A DNA stretch of 64,000 nucleotides from Geosiphon pyriformis uo1 (Eukaryota; Fungi; Glomeromycota), in NCBI GenBank assembly GCA_016748015.1, contig JAAOMT010000474.1, positions 54,910 through 118,909 on the forward strand. Direction: 5' to 3'. This document shows positions 13,601 through 27,432 of the stretch, piece after piece; positions within the stretch are counted from its first letter, which is position 1; every line of letters starts with the position of its first letter. The translations under genes and the position numbers were made by a program. The notes under the pieces are model-generated. The model worked only from the letters and a program-made list of their open reading frames with translations, was not told the DNA's origin and ran no database searches.

Positions 13601-14650
13601 AAGATGCCTCAATCAACAATCTGAAAATCTCCCCAAAGCAAACAATTAACAACATATCTCCAGCCACTGTTATCAATGACAAATTGTTAGCAGCCATTTT
13701 TTTTTTTGAAATTGAGGGACCAACCAAAACCCCACATTTTAGTGGAGCCACTCTTGATACAAAACCCATCACTGCTATGTATACTGACACCAAAGTCAAT
13801 GAACAGACCATCAAGCTGATTCTAAATAGTAGTTCAGTAGATAGCATCATTACATGACAACTTATGAACCAATTAGGTTGCTGAGTTAATTGTATTGTCA
13901 GTGCCAAAATTATTACTGCTAATAGAGCTACCAAAACTCCAATTGGTGAAATCAACAATTTTCCCATTGAAGTCAATAGTATCATTGTATCAATTAAGGT
14001 TTTAGTCATGAAAGCCACTCAATATTAAGCTTTTATTGGTAATGACTGGCTGTCTAAAACCAACACAATGCTTAACTAGACTATGTAGAAGCTCAAGCTT
14101 AGCCAACATGGTTACCACATGTGAGTGCCAGCAATCTGTGGACACTTTAAGCCAACCATCACACAACCACTAATTGAATTCAAAAACAATAAAAAAACCT
14201 ATCTGAGAAGCCTACCAAGTCTCATGAGCTAATAAAAACCACAATGAATTACCACTCATACTTTTTTGGAACAACAAAAGAAAAGGAAAAAAAATAGAAA
14301 ATAACTTATTACAAGCAAGCATCTCCACTTATACTCCATACATTACCACTACATAAAACCAGCCAAACTACCATTAACCAAAGCTAGTATGCATCAACTG
14401 TCACAAAAAATTGTCATCAATGGGTGCATGTTGTGGCAACAATGAGGAATGACCAACAACAACAAAGTTTTATTGTTATCTCTGCATTTTCAAATAGTTT
14501 GAATGACCAAAGAGACAAAAAAAATGGAACAACAAACTATGCATGGCTTGTAGAAAAACTCTGTTGAATAAAGAAATATGGAATAATATCCCTGGATAAG
14601 AAGAAACTTGTAACAAATTGTGCCAATACATGATTCTAATCAGTAACTGG
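10610..14650 (+). pseudogene. gag: Element A gag-protease region (N-terminal domain, capsid, zinc knuckle, aspartic protease, start of Cys-rich domain); interrupted by the solo LTR
   Basis: IEKFT..., AIAANG*ND, CYNCGKQNYFKANC (about 13138), and LILNSSSVDSIIT (eroded DSGS protease motif). Confidence 0.87.
12119..12997 (-). mobile_element. Solo LTR of a different family inserted in element A gag
   Basis: TGTTA...TAACA termini and 4-bp TSD AAGG/AAGA. Gag reads KIEG|YLANN across it. Internal TGGTGTTTGCTGCTAT-like repeats at 12812-12897. Strand is inferred from the TATA orientation. Confidence 0.88.
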
Positions 14651-15486
14651 TGTTACAAATAATTATTTGGGGTCTTAAATCAAATAACAAATCCGTAACT
14701 TAATGCTTTGGTATCTTGATAACATGAGTAATATTAGTATGTTATTGTTATCTAAAGGTTTTATGGTTGAGTTTTTTGTATAATAAACAGAGATTTAATA
14801 GTAGTTTCAGTAGTCTCCCAGAATTGCAATTCCATCAAATTTTTTTCTCAGCATGGTGGCCAGTAATCCTCCTGGTAAGCTATTCTCAATTTTATGAGTG
14901 TTCTATTCTTGTTTCATGGGTCTTTTATCAGTCCTTATAATGTCTTTTAATTCAGCGCTTTAATTTTTAATCAGTTTTAGTAACCAACAATAAAATAAAA
15001 GAAAATAAAGAAATAAAAAAGTAAATTAATGCAATTGCAAGTTAGTATTCCATCAATAGCCATGATCAAGAACTATTGTTCCAGCATGGTCAAGTATTGA
15101 TTACTATCAACATAAAGTATTGATAGTAAAGAGTGAAATTAAGATAACAAATAGTTATTTATTGATATTTGTAATGGAGAAAGTTGCTTAGATTAAATCT
15201 AAATGGAGAGATCTGTCTTTTCTATTTCTAATGCTATCACTATATATACATAATTTGGGTTCTATGAAATTGCTCACATTCTTGAGCAATGTGCTATAAT
15301 TTTTCAAGCAATGCTTACATTGCTAAGCAATATGCCATATTTTTTTGACATTGCTCTATATTGCTGAGCAATGTGCTGTGATTTCTGACATTGCTCTACA
15401 TTGTTGAGCAATGTGTTTACATGCTAACTACTACTTTTTTATTGGTCTACTCTTTTTCTATATCTGTTTTCTTTTTATGAGTAACA
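14651..15486 (-). repeat. Element B 3' LTR (PPT at about 15487-15501)
   Basis: TGTTACA...GTAACA with adjacent TTATCTCCTTCTTTT, the reverse complement of the polypurine tract. Confidence 0.92.
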
Positions 15487-15499
15487 TTATCTCCTTCTT

Positions 15500-16136
15500 T
15501 TAATATTAAGCTCTATCAAAATTCTTGTTTTGTATTAATTCTAATACTTCTTTTTCAAGTATTGTTTGTTTAACTCTGTTTCTCACGTTTTCTACTTGTG
15601 TATTGTTCATTCTTCCCCATTGGTTAATGGTTATGGTTTTTATGTCAGAGTGTAACAGTATTTCTGGATAGTTCCGAAATATGTTGTGTAGTCGGTATAT
15701 TGTTTTAACATATAGTGTTGAATTTGTTTTCTTTCCAATAAATTCTTCAATTTGTTATATTATGTCTTGGTTGAATATTTTCTTGGATTTGTCGATATAC
15801 AACTCCTGAATATTCAACTTTTGACCTAACTGGTAGTAGCAATACAATATTGGAAGTTGTTCTGTTCATTGCTTTCAATTTTTTTTTGTAAGTTTTTCTG
15901 TTGGTGCCATAATAGGTATTTTTTCAAAAAGTGTTTTTTACTTTTTCTATTAAGTTATTTGTCCAGTTTTTATTATTCTTTGGTGGCTGCTGATATGGTG
16001 TACTCTTTGTCTTTCTTTGGGTGTTTTGATATCAAATTATTTGGTTGTTAATGACAATTTCTATGTCTAACTGTTGTTGACTTAAGACTTGGAACAATTG
16101 TTAAGCTATGATGTAAATATAATCTGGTATTTCCAT
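15500..16136 (-). pseudogene. Element B accessory ORF3 (unknown function)
   Basis: MEIPDYIYII...LGQKLNIQELYIDKSKKIFNQDII*QIEEFIGKKTNSTLYVKTIYRLHNIFRNYPEILLHSD..., homologous to the same position in A, C, G and H. Confidence 0.7.
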
Positions 16137-16219
16137 TTTTCTTGGTTGCTTTTGTCACATATACTGTGTCTTTTATATACTCTTTTTGGTTGTTCAATTT
16201 GATGTGTTTGGTTCAATAA

Positions 16220-19200
16220 CTATGATTGGTTCCAGATCTCATGGAATCTCATCTGGTTGAACTAGTATTTTTTGTACTCCCAGTTATAAAATATTATTAG
16301 TGGATGATGATGTTATCTGGTAATATGGTTTTAGTCGATTACTATGTGCTGTTTTGGCTAAGATTTTGTTGTTTCATCTTAATTTATAAGCTCTATTTTT
16401 TAGAACTTCTTCTATGTGAAATGGTCTATCTTATTTAGGGTTGAATTTTCCACTCCATTGTTTTTCTACTTTGGTACAATGTAAGAGTACTTTGTTTCCA
16501 ATCTTAAATTCAACTGGTTTATCTGATAGTTGGTTATCATGTTGTTCTTTTTGCTTTTCTTGTGACTTTTGGATGTTATCAGCTGCTTTTTATCATCTGT
16601 TTTCTAGTTTTTTATTAAGTCATATGTTCTTTTCAACAATGTTTCTTGGAAATTATCTTTTGTTATTGGTTCAGTTAGATATGTATTGATCTTTATTTCA
16701 ATTGGTAATGTTGCTGTTCTATCATATATCAATTTAAATGGTGTTGCTTGTGTGGTATCTTGCTTCATTGTCTGATAAGCAAATAATACTGATGATATAA
16801 ACAAATTCCATTCATCCTGGTTTTTTTAACTGATTTTGGCAATTGCTTCATACAATGTTTTATTAAATCTTTCAACTAAGTCATTTGTTTATGAATAGTA
16901 TAGTAATGATAATGGTTTTTTGATTCCAAATCTTTGGCTTAACTTTGCTAATGTGCTATTCACAAAGTGAGTTCCTTAATCAGATAATAATTTTCTTGGA
17001 CATCCATGTTGACAGATCAAGTCTTGATGAATAAATTTGGCAACAGATTCTGCATCTGCTCTTTGAATGGCTTTTGCTTCTGACCATTTTGTAAGATAAT
17101 TCATGGCTACTGCAATATTGTTGTTTCTGCTGGTGATTGTTAATGGTCTGACTAAGTCAATTCCAATGTAATTGAATAATTGCCCCACTTTGATTGGTCT
17201 CAATAGTTTACTGGGTTTTGCTCCTTCTCTTCTCTAACAAGCATTACAATTTTGAACATATTGGATGATATCTGGATATATTGATGGCCAATAGTATCTT
17301 TTTCTGGTTCTTTCTATGGTTGTTTCTTTATGAAAATGTCCTGTTGTTGGATCAGAGTGCATGTTGAATAGTATTGTCTCTTTTTCTGGTTCTGTAATTA
17401 CTCTGGTTGGTTGATCTAGATTTTTTCTGTTTTTCCGATAAAATATATTCTGGTGGATAATAAAATATTTTGATTGTTGTTTAATGCTGTTTTGTTTATT
17501 TTGAGATAATTTCTCCTTGAACTGTTGAGTATTTATATAATGTTGGAGTTGTTGGTATTTTTGTGTGTTCATTTTTTGTTATATTTTTGTGTTTAATGGT
17601 TGGATTTTGTTATATTTTTGAGTTGAAATGTTCAGATTTGTTTCATTTATGACAAACTGTTAGCATTTTTATTGTCTTTTTCCTTTTTATAGTGTACTGT
17701 AAAATTACATGGTGAAAGTGCTATTTTCTATTTTGCATGTTGGTTGTCTCCAAATTTTTGTTTCTGGATTGAAGTCAATCCTTTGTGATCAGTGTGTACC
17801 TCAAATTTTTGGCTTAAGTACTCTTTCCATTTTACAACAGCCCAGTAGATTGCTAAATGTTCCAGTGCTGGTGTTCCATAGTTTTTTTTGGCTGGCATTA
17901 AGCTTTAACTGGCATATGCTACTGGATGTTCTCTTCCATCCAGTCTTTTTTGTAATAGTACTGCTCTTAATGCTTGGTCTGATGCATCAGTAGTAATGAT
18001 GAATGGTTTGCTGTGATCTGGATAGATCAGTACTGGTGCTTGGATGAGCTTTCTTCTTAATGTGTTAAAAGCTTCTTGTTGGGCTTCTGTTTATTCATAC
18101 TTTACATTTTTTGTTTGAAGCTGGTAAAGTAGTTGAGCTATTTTAGAAAAGTCCTTGATAAAGCAGTAGTAATATCCAGCCAATCCCAAGAATGCTTTTA
18201 ATTTTGTGAGATTAGTTGGTACTAAAAAGTTCTTAACAGTTTCTATCTTATCTGAATCTGTTTTGATACCATCTTTGCTCATAACATGTTCCAAAAATTT
18301 GAGTTCAGTTTTTCCAAAGAAGCATTTGATGGCATTTAGCTTCAATTCTGCTCTTCTCAACTTTTTGAACACTTGTTGAAGATAATATAGATGATCATCA
18401 AATGTTTTGAAGAACACATTAGTGTCATCTAAGTAAACAACTACTGATTTCTACAGTAGTCTAGTGTAAACAATTTTTATAAGCCATTGGAATGTTGTTG
18501 GTGCATTCATCAAGCCAAATAGCATAACTTCAAATTCAAAATTCTCTTCTCGTGTTGTGAAAGCTGTTTTCTTTTTATTTTCTGGTTTCATGGTTACTTG
18601 CCAGTAACTGCTGTCTAAGTCTAAAGTTGAGAACCATTTCTTTCTACTGAAAACATCGAACAATTTTTGGATCTTTGGGGTTGGATAGCTATCATCTTTA
18701 GTGACTCCATTCAGTTTTTGGTAATCCATACAAAAGCAAATTTTTCTATTCTTCTTATGGACCAGTACCACTGGTGATAACCATGGGCTCATTGATAGTT
18801 GAATTAACCTGTTGTCAAGCATCTGGTTGATTTCTTGACAAATGATTTCATGACTGGCTGGTGGTACTCTGTATGCTTGTTATTTGATTGGAATTGTATC
18901 TTTGGTCTTGATTTGATGCTGAATTATGTCAGTTCTGCCAAATTCATTTTCACTGGCAAAGATATCATTGAAATTGTTAAGTAACATCTTAAGTTGTATA
19001 TGTTGAAATGGGTCTAAGTTCTCCATATTCATCTGTTCCAACTGTTTTGGTTGGAGCAGATAACATTCTTCTTGTCTATATATGGTTTGTAATGTAATAT
19101 CCACATATCTGCATAGTTGTGAAAAATCTGGAATGGTGTTTGGCAGTTAGTCTTCAATTTTGATAGTTAAATAGCTGATGATGGTTCTTTCTGATATTTC

Positions 19201-22200
19201 TACAACATTTTTAGTGTTGTTGTAGATGGAAATTTTGATGTGATTATGGTTCTTGGCTGGTATGTGAAGATTGATGAGTTCAATCTCTCCTAATTCACAC
19301 AGTGTTGCTTCTGCCTCAAAAATTTGAATCTGATCCTTACTTTCCTTTCTATAACCACTATGTACTGGTCATATGGTGGAATGGAAATTGGTTGATAAGT
19401 GGAGATAATTTCTCCCTTGTCAATAATTTTTTCCTCTGCCATATTAACTGGTACATCTATTCTATCTGTGAATCCAAATCTCTGTATCTCTCTTGCTGTA
19501 ATTCCTAATTCTTCTCTATTCTCTACTGCTACTAATTGAGCTACTTTAACTAGAGGCAGAAATATTGCCTATACTATCTTTTCATTTGGTTTTATAATAT
19601 AGGCCTTTTTTGAGTCATTTTGTAGCATAGCAATGATATTTTCTACATATTCTACATCAATTATTCCTCTTCTGATGTTGATTCCTTTTTTTGCTAGGCT
19701 ACTTCTAAATGCTAATTGAACTATAGTTATTGCTAGAATTTCCAGTGCTATTTTGAGATCAATGCATATGTGTGAATGTGGTTCCAATTTGATGGTATGC
19801 TTTCTTAGATATCTCTGATCAAATCCAGCATCAGTATCATGCATGCGTTCTGACATAATACCTTCATTATTATCACTGAACTATTTAAGTTCTTACTTTT
19901 TGGTGAGATTAGGGAATGCAATATATTTTTTGGAGTTTAAATCTGAGTTTGAATCATTACCATTTTGATTGCCATATTAAATAAAGCTAAAACCATTGTT
20001 TTTGTTGTCATTATTGTCAGAGTTTGAATTGGGATTGAAATTTGATTCTGATTTTGATGCATAGCTGCTGATTAGTTCTTCTTCTTCAGGAATCGTGTAG
20101 ATCATATATGGTGGTAGATTGTAAATAAAGTCACACTCATTACAATATTAGAAGTCACATAGGATCAAACAGTGGTCACATAGTTGAGTGTTTATTTCTT
20201 CCAGCCATTGTTCTTGTTCTTTTTGAGTGGGTGCCAATTCTTGGTAGTGTTCATGGAATTGTTTTAGATCCAGTAGATTTATGACTGGTTCTGGGTACCA
20301 GTCAAGCTCTATGGGTTTTAGTGGGTTATTTTTGATTGTCCTTATTTCTTTTGGTGACACTCCTTTGATTTTGGTGAGAGCCATTCACCAAATTTTGTCA
20401 TCATCATGTGGACATCCATTCAAGTGTTTGATGGTTTGTCTCCAGGCAGCATCTATGGATGTTTTTTTTCTTATCCAGTTGCTTATGAGAATTATGTATT
20501 GACATGATTTATCATCTATTTCTCCTTTCTCAGGAATGTCATTCCACATTTTTTCATTAAGGAGAGTTTCCCTACAAGCCAAGCATGGCTCATTATCCTA
20601 TTTTCCAACTTGTTTTGGTCTTCCAAAGCATTCAATGAGGCATAAATGGCAATAAAACTTAGTTGCCATCTGGTATTTCTCATCATTGTCATAGCATGCA
20701 CCCATTGATGACAATTTTTTGCCACAATCAATGCATATCAGCTTTGGTCAGCAATAGCTCAATAGTTGTGGTGATATATATATATAAGGGGTGTAACTGG
20801 CAGTTGGTAGTGGCTCTTCTTCTTTTGCTTTTCCTTTCCTTTTTTCTTTTTCATCCCATTCCTAAGTTGGCAGTTCTTTTGAATTATGGTCAGTTTTTCA
20901 GGCTTGGTCAGCATTCCAAGTAAATTTTGTTTCCTTCTGTTTTCTTTTGTTATTGTCATCCCAGAATAGTATGAGCAGTAGTTTATTGTGGTCATCTTTG
21001 GTCCACAATACTTGATAGGCTTTCTAAGTTGGTTTCTTCTTGTTTTCCTCGAACTTGATTAGTGATTACATAATAGTGCTGGGCTTGAAGTGACCACAAG
21101 TTGCTGGTATCTGGATGTGTTAGCCATTTTGGCTGAGTTGTAATTCTTGAGTGGTCTAATCAAGTATGGCATTAGTTTTGGATAACCAATTATTGCCCAC
21201 TAATGCTTGATATTGGGTTGCTTCTATTACTAGAATTTTGATAGGAGTAATGATGTCATTGACTTTGAAAGAGAAGTTATCAATTTCACTGATTGGAGTT
21301 TTAGTCACTTCATCAGCAGTAATAATGCATACACTGGCAATATAATCAACTTGGCAACCTAATTGGTTTATAAGTTGTCATGTGATGATGGTGTCAGCTG
21401 ATCTACTATCTAGAATTAGTTTAATGATGTGGCCATTAACTTTTGTGTCAGTGTACATAGCAATAATTGGTTTGGTGTCAAGAGTGGCTCTACTGAATAA
21501 TGAGACTGGTATGGTTTTCTCGAGTTTGAATGGAAAAATTGCTACTAGTGATTTGTCATTGGTAATGGTGACTGGAAGTATGTTGCTGGTAAGTGATTGT
21601 TTTTGGTTGGTTTCTGAGTTGTTGGGTAAGGTGTCTTTTGGGGTAACCAGAAGACTTAAATAGTATTGAACATTCAGGTTTTGGGTGTATCTGGTACCTG
21701 AATTCCATTGTCGAAATCCTAATGGCTAGGTTGTGGTACTGGAGATTGGTTGATGAACTACCATTAACAATCTTTAGTTTTGTTGTGTCAATTTCGACCT
21801 TTGGGTTCCATTTTGAGGTAAGTTTTGTGGCAGTGTTTGGATTTGTTGGGGTTAATAGATTACTTGGGACTGTAGCTGATAAATGGGTTAGGGCTGTGGT
21901 TAATAAATAATGGGTGTTGTTGGCTGATAAATTGGTGGTTGATAAATTTGCTGCTGTGTTATAGGTATGTAATTCAGTTAATATAGTTTTGGGTTTAATT
22001 GATAACTCGGAGTTTGAAATTGGTGATCAGAGTTTCAATATTGATTTTCTGATCATTGGTTATCTATTCTTAACTTGCAATTAATCTTTAAATGTCTTTG
22101 TTTACTGCAGTAGTGGCAAACACACATCTTCTGTTACCACTGTTGATTGGTAGAGGATGATAGACACAACTAATTCTGGAAACAATTTGCATTCCCCTGA

Positions 22201-23755
22201 TTGTTGCATCATTATGGTGGTTGATTGAATTACTGAATTGTTTCAATTTGGAATCTAATTCAAATGATCTATTCATTACCAAATTTACAGCTTGGACATG
22301 GTTAGCTTTGAGTTCTGCTGCTTCAAAATCTCTGGTATTTGTAACTGCTGCTTAAAAGTCTGCTAAATGCATTGAACATACACATTGGAGGATGCTACTG
22401 CACAATCCGCAAATAAACTGATTCAGTATCTGGGCTACGGTAAAATAATCAGCATCAATGGTTTGTATTTGGTGCAGATTTTGATAAAAATGTCTTAAAT
22501 AAGTGATAACTGCTTTAGTGTCTCCCTGTTTCATTGTGGTAAAAGTATTGGCTAGGCAGTTGATGCTGTTGCTGTTACTAAAATATCTTAAAAATTCCAA
22601 TTTAAATGCATCAAATGTCTGGGGTTTCTGAGCTAGGTTATGATATCATAAGTTGGCAGCATTCTGAAGAAAATAGAGGATTGCTTGAAGAACTCTGGTG
22701 TTATTTCAGTTATTGGTAGTAATGGCTTTGGTAATATTGTTAATTTACGTTTGAGTATTATCTTCTTTGCCAGAAAATTTCTCAATTTTGGTAATGGGTG
22801 CATATGTCATTAATACTAATAGTAGTTGTGGTTGTTGTTGTAGTTGTTGTTGTGGCTGTTAAAGCGGTTGCTGTGGTTGTTGAAGTAATTGTTGAATGAA
22901 TTGCTGAAGTGGCTGCTGTAGAATTGGTTTAAGAATTGGTTCAATTGGTGGCTGATTGATGACAATTACTGGAGGTAAGTTTTGCTGATTAATGGTTTTG
23001 GGGTTGGGATTGTTTTGAGTTTGCTGAGTTTGAATGTTTGGAGTTTCAACTTCTGGATTTTCTAGGATCAGGTTTTGTTTGCTGTTTTCCTGATTGCTAC
23101 CTTCTTCTTCCTTGAAATTAGTTAATTTCCAAGGACTAACAGTTCCAAAATCTGGTTGTGGTAGTGGTAATCAAATTCCTAATGATATTGGAAATTGCAA
23201 TTTAAATCTTTCAAAGTAATTGCCATATGTTCCGAGTAACTTTGTTTTCTTTTGGAACAAGATTTTGTTCAATACTGTTGTTGTATTAGTGGATGTATCA
23301 GTTGATGTTATGTTGATAGTGCTTTCAGGCATATAATGATAAGATGGATTGGTAGGTGAATTAAATCTTTGCTTTTTCTAAGTGGATAGTTAGATTTGCT
23401 TTGGGGTTTTTGCTAGTGTTTGTAGTTTTCTTTTCTTTTTGTCCACAAATGTAATAGGAAATTTTTGTTTGGTGTATTTTTCAATTTCTCTGTTTATTTC
23501 TGTGATTAGTGGTGCAAATAAATAGTTTTGCAAAAGGGTAGTACTTTGGAATAGTTTACTGAAGAAATTGTTGAAGGCAGATTCTGGATCTCCTTGGCCT
23601 TCTAAATGATATACAATTTTCTTGTTGACATAGCAGTTAAAAGCTGATTCTGTTGGCCAACTATTATTTGTTAATCTGAGATGGGTGTGATAATGTTGAA
23701 ATAAGAATTTTGCAAATTCTAAATGGTTTGTCCCTGTTTTTTCAGATTCTGCCAC
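16220..23755 (-). pseudogene. gag-pol: Element B gag-pol: gag (about 23755-21950), protease (about 21460-21080), Cys-rich domain (about 20740-20120), dUTPase (about 19860-19470), RT (about 18890-18090), RNase H (about 18040-17660), integrase (about 17572-16220)
   Basis: ORF track and manual translation: LILDSRS, DAGFDQRY / RSSLAKKGI, SPWLSPVVLVHKK, VYLDDT, TDASDQAL, and the integrase H...H...CNAC zinc motif with GIDLV. Confidence 0.93.
19470..19860 (-). pseudogene. dut: dUTPase domain of element B
   Basis: Motif 1 AGFD, motif 2 RSSLA, motif 3 RGIIDVEYVEN (eroded GGIIDAGYVG), motif 4 EKIV*A, and an eroded motif 5 GFGF. Confidence 0.88.
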
Positions 23756-23821
23756 TGTTTCGGATAAATGTTGTGTTGGTACTGGTTTTTTGTAAGATTA
23801 TACCTCACAAAAAACACCAAA

Positions 23822-24653
23822 TGTTACAGATGATTATTTGGGGTCTTAAATCAAATAACAAATCTGTAACTTGGTGCTTTGGTATCTTAATAATATAAGT
23901 AATATTGGTATGTTGTTGTTATCTGAAGATTTGATTAATCTGAAGGTTTTATGGTTGAGTTCTTTGTATAATAGACAAAGATTCAATAGTGGTTTCAGTA
24001 GCCTCCCAGAATCGCAATTCCATCGAATTTTTTTCTTAGCATGGTGGCTAGTAATCCTTCTGGTAAGCTATTTTCAATTCTATGAGTGTTTTACCTTTGT
24101 TTCATGGGTCTTTTACCAGTCTCTATGATGTTTTTTAATTCAGTACTTTAATCCTTAATCAGTTTTAGTAACCAACAATAAAATCAAGAAAAAAAAATAA
24201 AAGAAAAAAAAATAAAGAAATAAAGAAGTAAGTCAATGTAATTACAAGTTAGTATTCTGTTAATAGCCATAATCAAGAGTTATTGTTCCAGTGTGGTCAA
24301 GTATTGATTACTATTAACATAAAATGTTGATAGTAGAGAGTAGAATTGAGATAACAAATAGTTATTTATTAATATTTGTGATGGAGAAAGTTGCTTAGAT
24401 TAAATTTAAATAGAAAGATCTGTTTTTTTTATTTCTAATGCTACCACTATATATACATAATTTGGGTTCTATGAGATCACTTACATTCTTGAGCAATGTG
24501 TTATAATTTTTCAAGCAATGCTTATATTGCTGAGCAATGTGTCATATTTTTTTGACATTACTTTACATTGTTGAGCAATGTGCTCACATGCTAACTACTA
24601 TTCTCTTATTAGTCTACTCTTTTTCTATATCTGTTTTTTTTTTATGAGTAATA
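23822..24653 (-). repeat. Element B 5' LTR (PBS at 23803-23821)
   Basis: Aligns with 14651-15486. The PBS reads TTTGGTGTTTTTTGTGAGG on the minus strand. Confidence 0.92.
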
Positions 24654-27050
24654 CTGAGTAAGAAAAAAAACTCTCAAAGAAGCCATCTGACAACAAGCAG
24701 TTAAACATCTAAATAGTTGTTTATATAATGATAACAAAATTTGGTGTATGGCTCTCACCAAAATCAAAGAAGCATCACCAGAAGAAATAAAAACAATTAA
24801 AAACAACTTACCAGAATCTATAGAACTTGATTAGGGCCCAAATTCAGACATTGTCCTAAACCCTATAGACCAAAAACAATTCCATGAACATTACCAAAAA
24901 TTAGCACCTACCAGAAAAAAACAAAAACAATGTTTAGAGCAATTGAATACTCAACTGTATTAATATTGCTTAATTTTCTGTAACTTTCAATATTGTAATA
25001 AGTGTAATCTTATTTATAATCTACCATCATGCATAAGCTATACGATTCCAGAAAAGGAAAAACCAATCAGCAGCTGTGCATCTGAATCAGAATCAATGTT
25101 CAATCCCAATTCAAACTTTGACAACAATAACAATGATAACAATAAATCCAGCTTTGTTCAATATGACAACCAAAATAATAACAATTCAAACTCCGATTCA
25201 AACTCAAACAATACATTACACTTTTGGATCTTTCTAAGAAGCAAGAACTTAAGTGGTTTAGCAATAATGATAAAGATATTATGTCAAAACATGTGCATGG
25301 TACTGATACAAGGTTTGATTTAAGATATCCAAGAAAAAAAGCCATCAAATTGGAACCACATTTGCACACCTACATTGATTTCAAAATAGCACTGAAAATT
25401 TCAGCAACTATTATGATTCAACTAGCATCTAAGAATAGTTTAGTAAAAAAGAAAATCAATATACAAAGAAAAATAATTGATACAGGATATGTAGAAAATA
25501 TTATTGTAATACTACAAAATAACTCAGAAAAGATCTACATTATAGAACCAAATGAAAAGATAGCATAGGCAATATTTCTGTCTTTGGTTAAAGTAACTTA
25601 ATTAGTTTCAGTAGAAAATAGAAAAAAATTAGAGATTACAGCAAAAAAAATAAGTGGATTTGAATCCATAAATAGAATAGACATATTAGTCAATATAACA
25701 GAAGAAAAAGTTGTTGACAAAAAAGAAATTATCTTTATCTGTCAACTAATTTTTATTCCATTATATGACTAGTACATGTTAACAATAGAAAGAAAAGTAA
25801 AGGATCAAGCCCAGATTTTTGAAGCAAAGCCAACTATTTGCAAGTTAGAAAAGATTGGACTTATTAATCTCTATATACCAGTCAAAAACTACTATTATAT
25901 CAAAATTCTTATTTACAACATGACTGGAGACATCATTGAAATACCAAAAGAAACTATTATTGAATATTTAATCACTGAAGTTGAGGACCAATTACCAAAC
26001 CACATTCTAGACTTTCCACAACTATATAGATATGTGAACATCACATCACAAGTTATATACAAACAATATAAATGCTATTTGCTTTAACCAAAACAATTAG
26101 AACAAATGAACTTGAGAAACTTAGACCCACTGCAATGTATGCAAATCAAGATACTACTTAACAATTTTACTAATATCTTTGCAAGTAAAAATGAGTTTGG
26201 CAGAACCAATATCATTCAGCATTAGATCAAAACAGAAAATATTATGCCAATTAAACAAAAAGCATATAGGGTACTACCAGCCAGCCATGAAATCATCCAA
26301 CAGGAAATCAATTGGATGCTAAACAATAAGTTAATTCAACCATCCATGAATTTATGGTCATTGTTAGTGGTACTAGTCCATAAGAAGAATGGAAAAATTC
26401 GCTTTTGTGTAGATTATAGAAAACTCAATAGAGTTACTCATGGAGACAATTATCTGACCTCATGAATCCAAGAATTATTTGATGCTTTCAGTAGAAAGAA
26501 ATGGTTTTCAACATTAGATTTAGATAGTGGTTATTGGCAAGTAGCCATGAATTCAGCCAACAAAGAAAAGACTGCATTCACAACAAAAGAGAGAAATTTT
26601 GAATTCAAAATAATACTATTTGGTTTAATAAATGCTCCAGCCACATTTCAATGGCTAATGGAAATTGTTTACACTGGACTACTATGAAAATTGGTAGTTA
26701 TATATTTGGATGACATTAATGTATTCTTAAGAACATTTGATGATTATTTTCATTATTTACAGCAAGTATTTGAAAAATTCAGATAAGCAAGATTAAAGTT
26801 AAATGCAAAGAAGTGTTTCTTTAACAAAACAGAATTAAAATTCTTAAGACATATCATGAACAAAGATGGCATCAAAACAAATTCAGATAAGATTAAAATA
26901 GTAAAGAAATTTCCAGTACCAATTAATTTGACTGAATTACAAACATTTTTGGAATTTGCAAGTTATTACTACCACTTTATTAAAAACTTTTCCAAATTGG
27001 CTTAACCATTTTACCAACTTCAAACCAAAAATGTCAAGTATAAATAGACA
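24654..27050 (+). pseudogene. pol: Element A pol continuation: Cys-rich domain, dUTPase (about 25260-25670), dUTPase-like segment (about 25750-26030), RT (about 26240-27050); RNase H and integrase missing
   Basis: DTRFDLRY, SKNSLVKK, IIDTGYV, PIKQKAYR, RFCVDYRKLN and YLDD (about 26703). Homology ends after NVKYK*T. Confidence 0.9.
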
Positions 27051-27420
27051 CCAGACAATGCCCAAAAGTGGAAAAAAAGACTCCTTTCAACATATTGGTT
27101 TTACAAAATCAGAAAACAACTAGACTTAAAAAATCTATATAGAGACTACAATTAGAAAACTTTCAACAAAGAAGCAATACAACAAGTAGAAAAATTTGTA
27201 AGAAGAAGTAACTTGACATTATACTACAAAGCAGTATATCAATTATATGTTGTTTTCTGACATTGTCTAAACATACTATTGGATAAATTTTTAAAAAAGA
27301 TAACAGTCAACAACATAGAACAAATGACCAATCAACATAGTTGACATAATTATTAAACATTACACGAACAAAGTTCTATTAATAGACACAACTGATTTCA
27401 CAGAAGCTCAATATTAAAAA
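27050..27420 (+). pseudogene. Element A ORF3 C-terminal remnant
   Basis: FNKEAIQQVEKFVRRSNLTLYYKAVYQLYVVF...KITVNNIEQMTN aligns to ORF3 of B and G. Confidence 0.65.
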
Positions 27421-27432
27421 AGAAGAAAATAA

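Larger units (their letters stand above)
14651..24653 (-). mobile_element. Full-length Ty3/gypsy LTR retrotransposon B nested in A
   Basis: LTRs 14651-15486 and 23822-24653, TSD CTGG/CTGA, host frame ILISNW|VRKK restored on removal, domain order PR-RT-RH-IN. Confidence 0.95.

Noticed and set aside
13575-14018. 147-aa hydrophobic minus-strand ORF and similar antisense ORFs (21382-21663, 61947-62255, 46514-46870, 34562-34798)
   Set aside because: They are antisense shadows of gag/protease codon bias with no independent conserved motifs.
16220-16450. Chromodomain at the integrase C-terminus (also 51250-51500 and 56640-56900)
   Set aside because: Only a GPY/F module and a short tail ending in an LEPI(I/V)(V/M)IE-like motif are visible, with no chromodomain signature.
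22825-22925. Independent CAA/TTG microsatellite (also 11440-11520 and 43000-43075)
   Set aside because: It encodes the Gln/Pro-rich Gag linker in each element.
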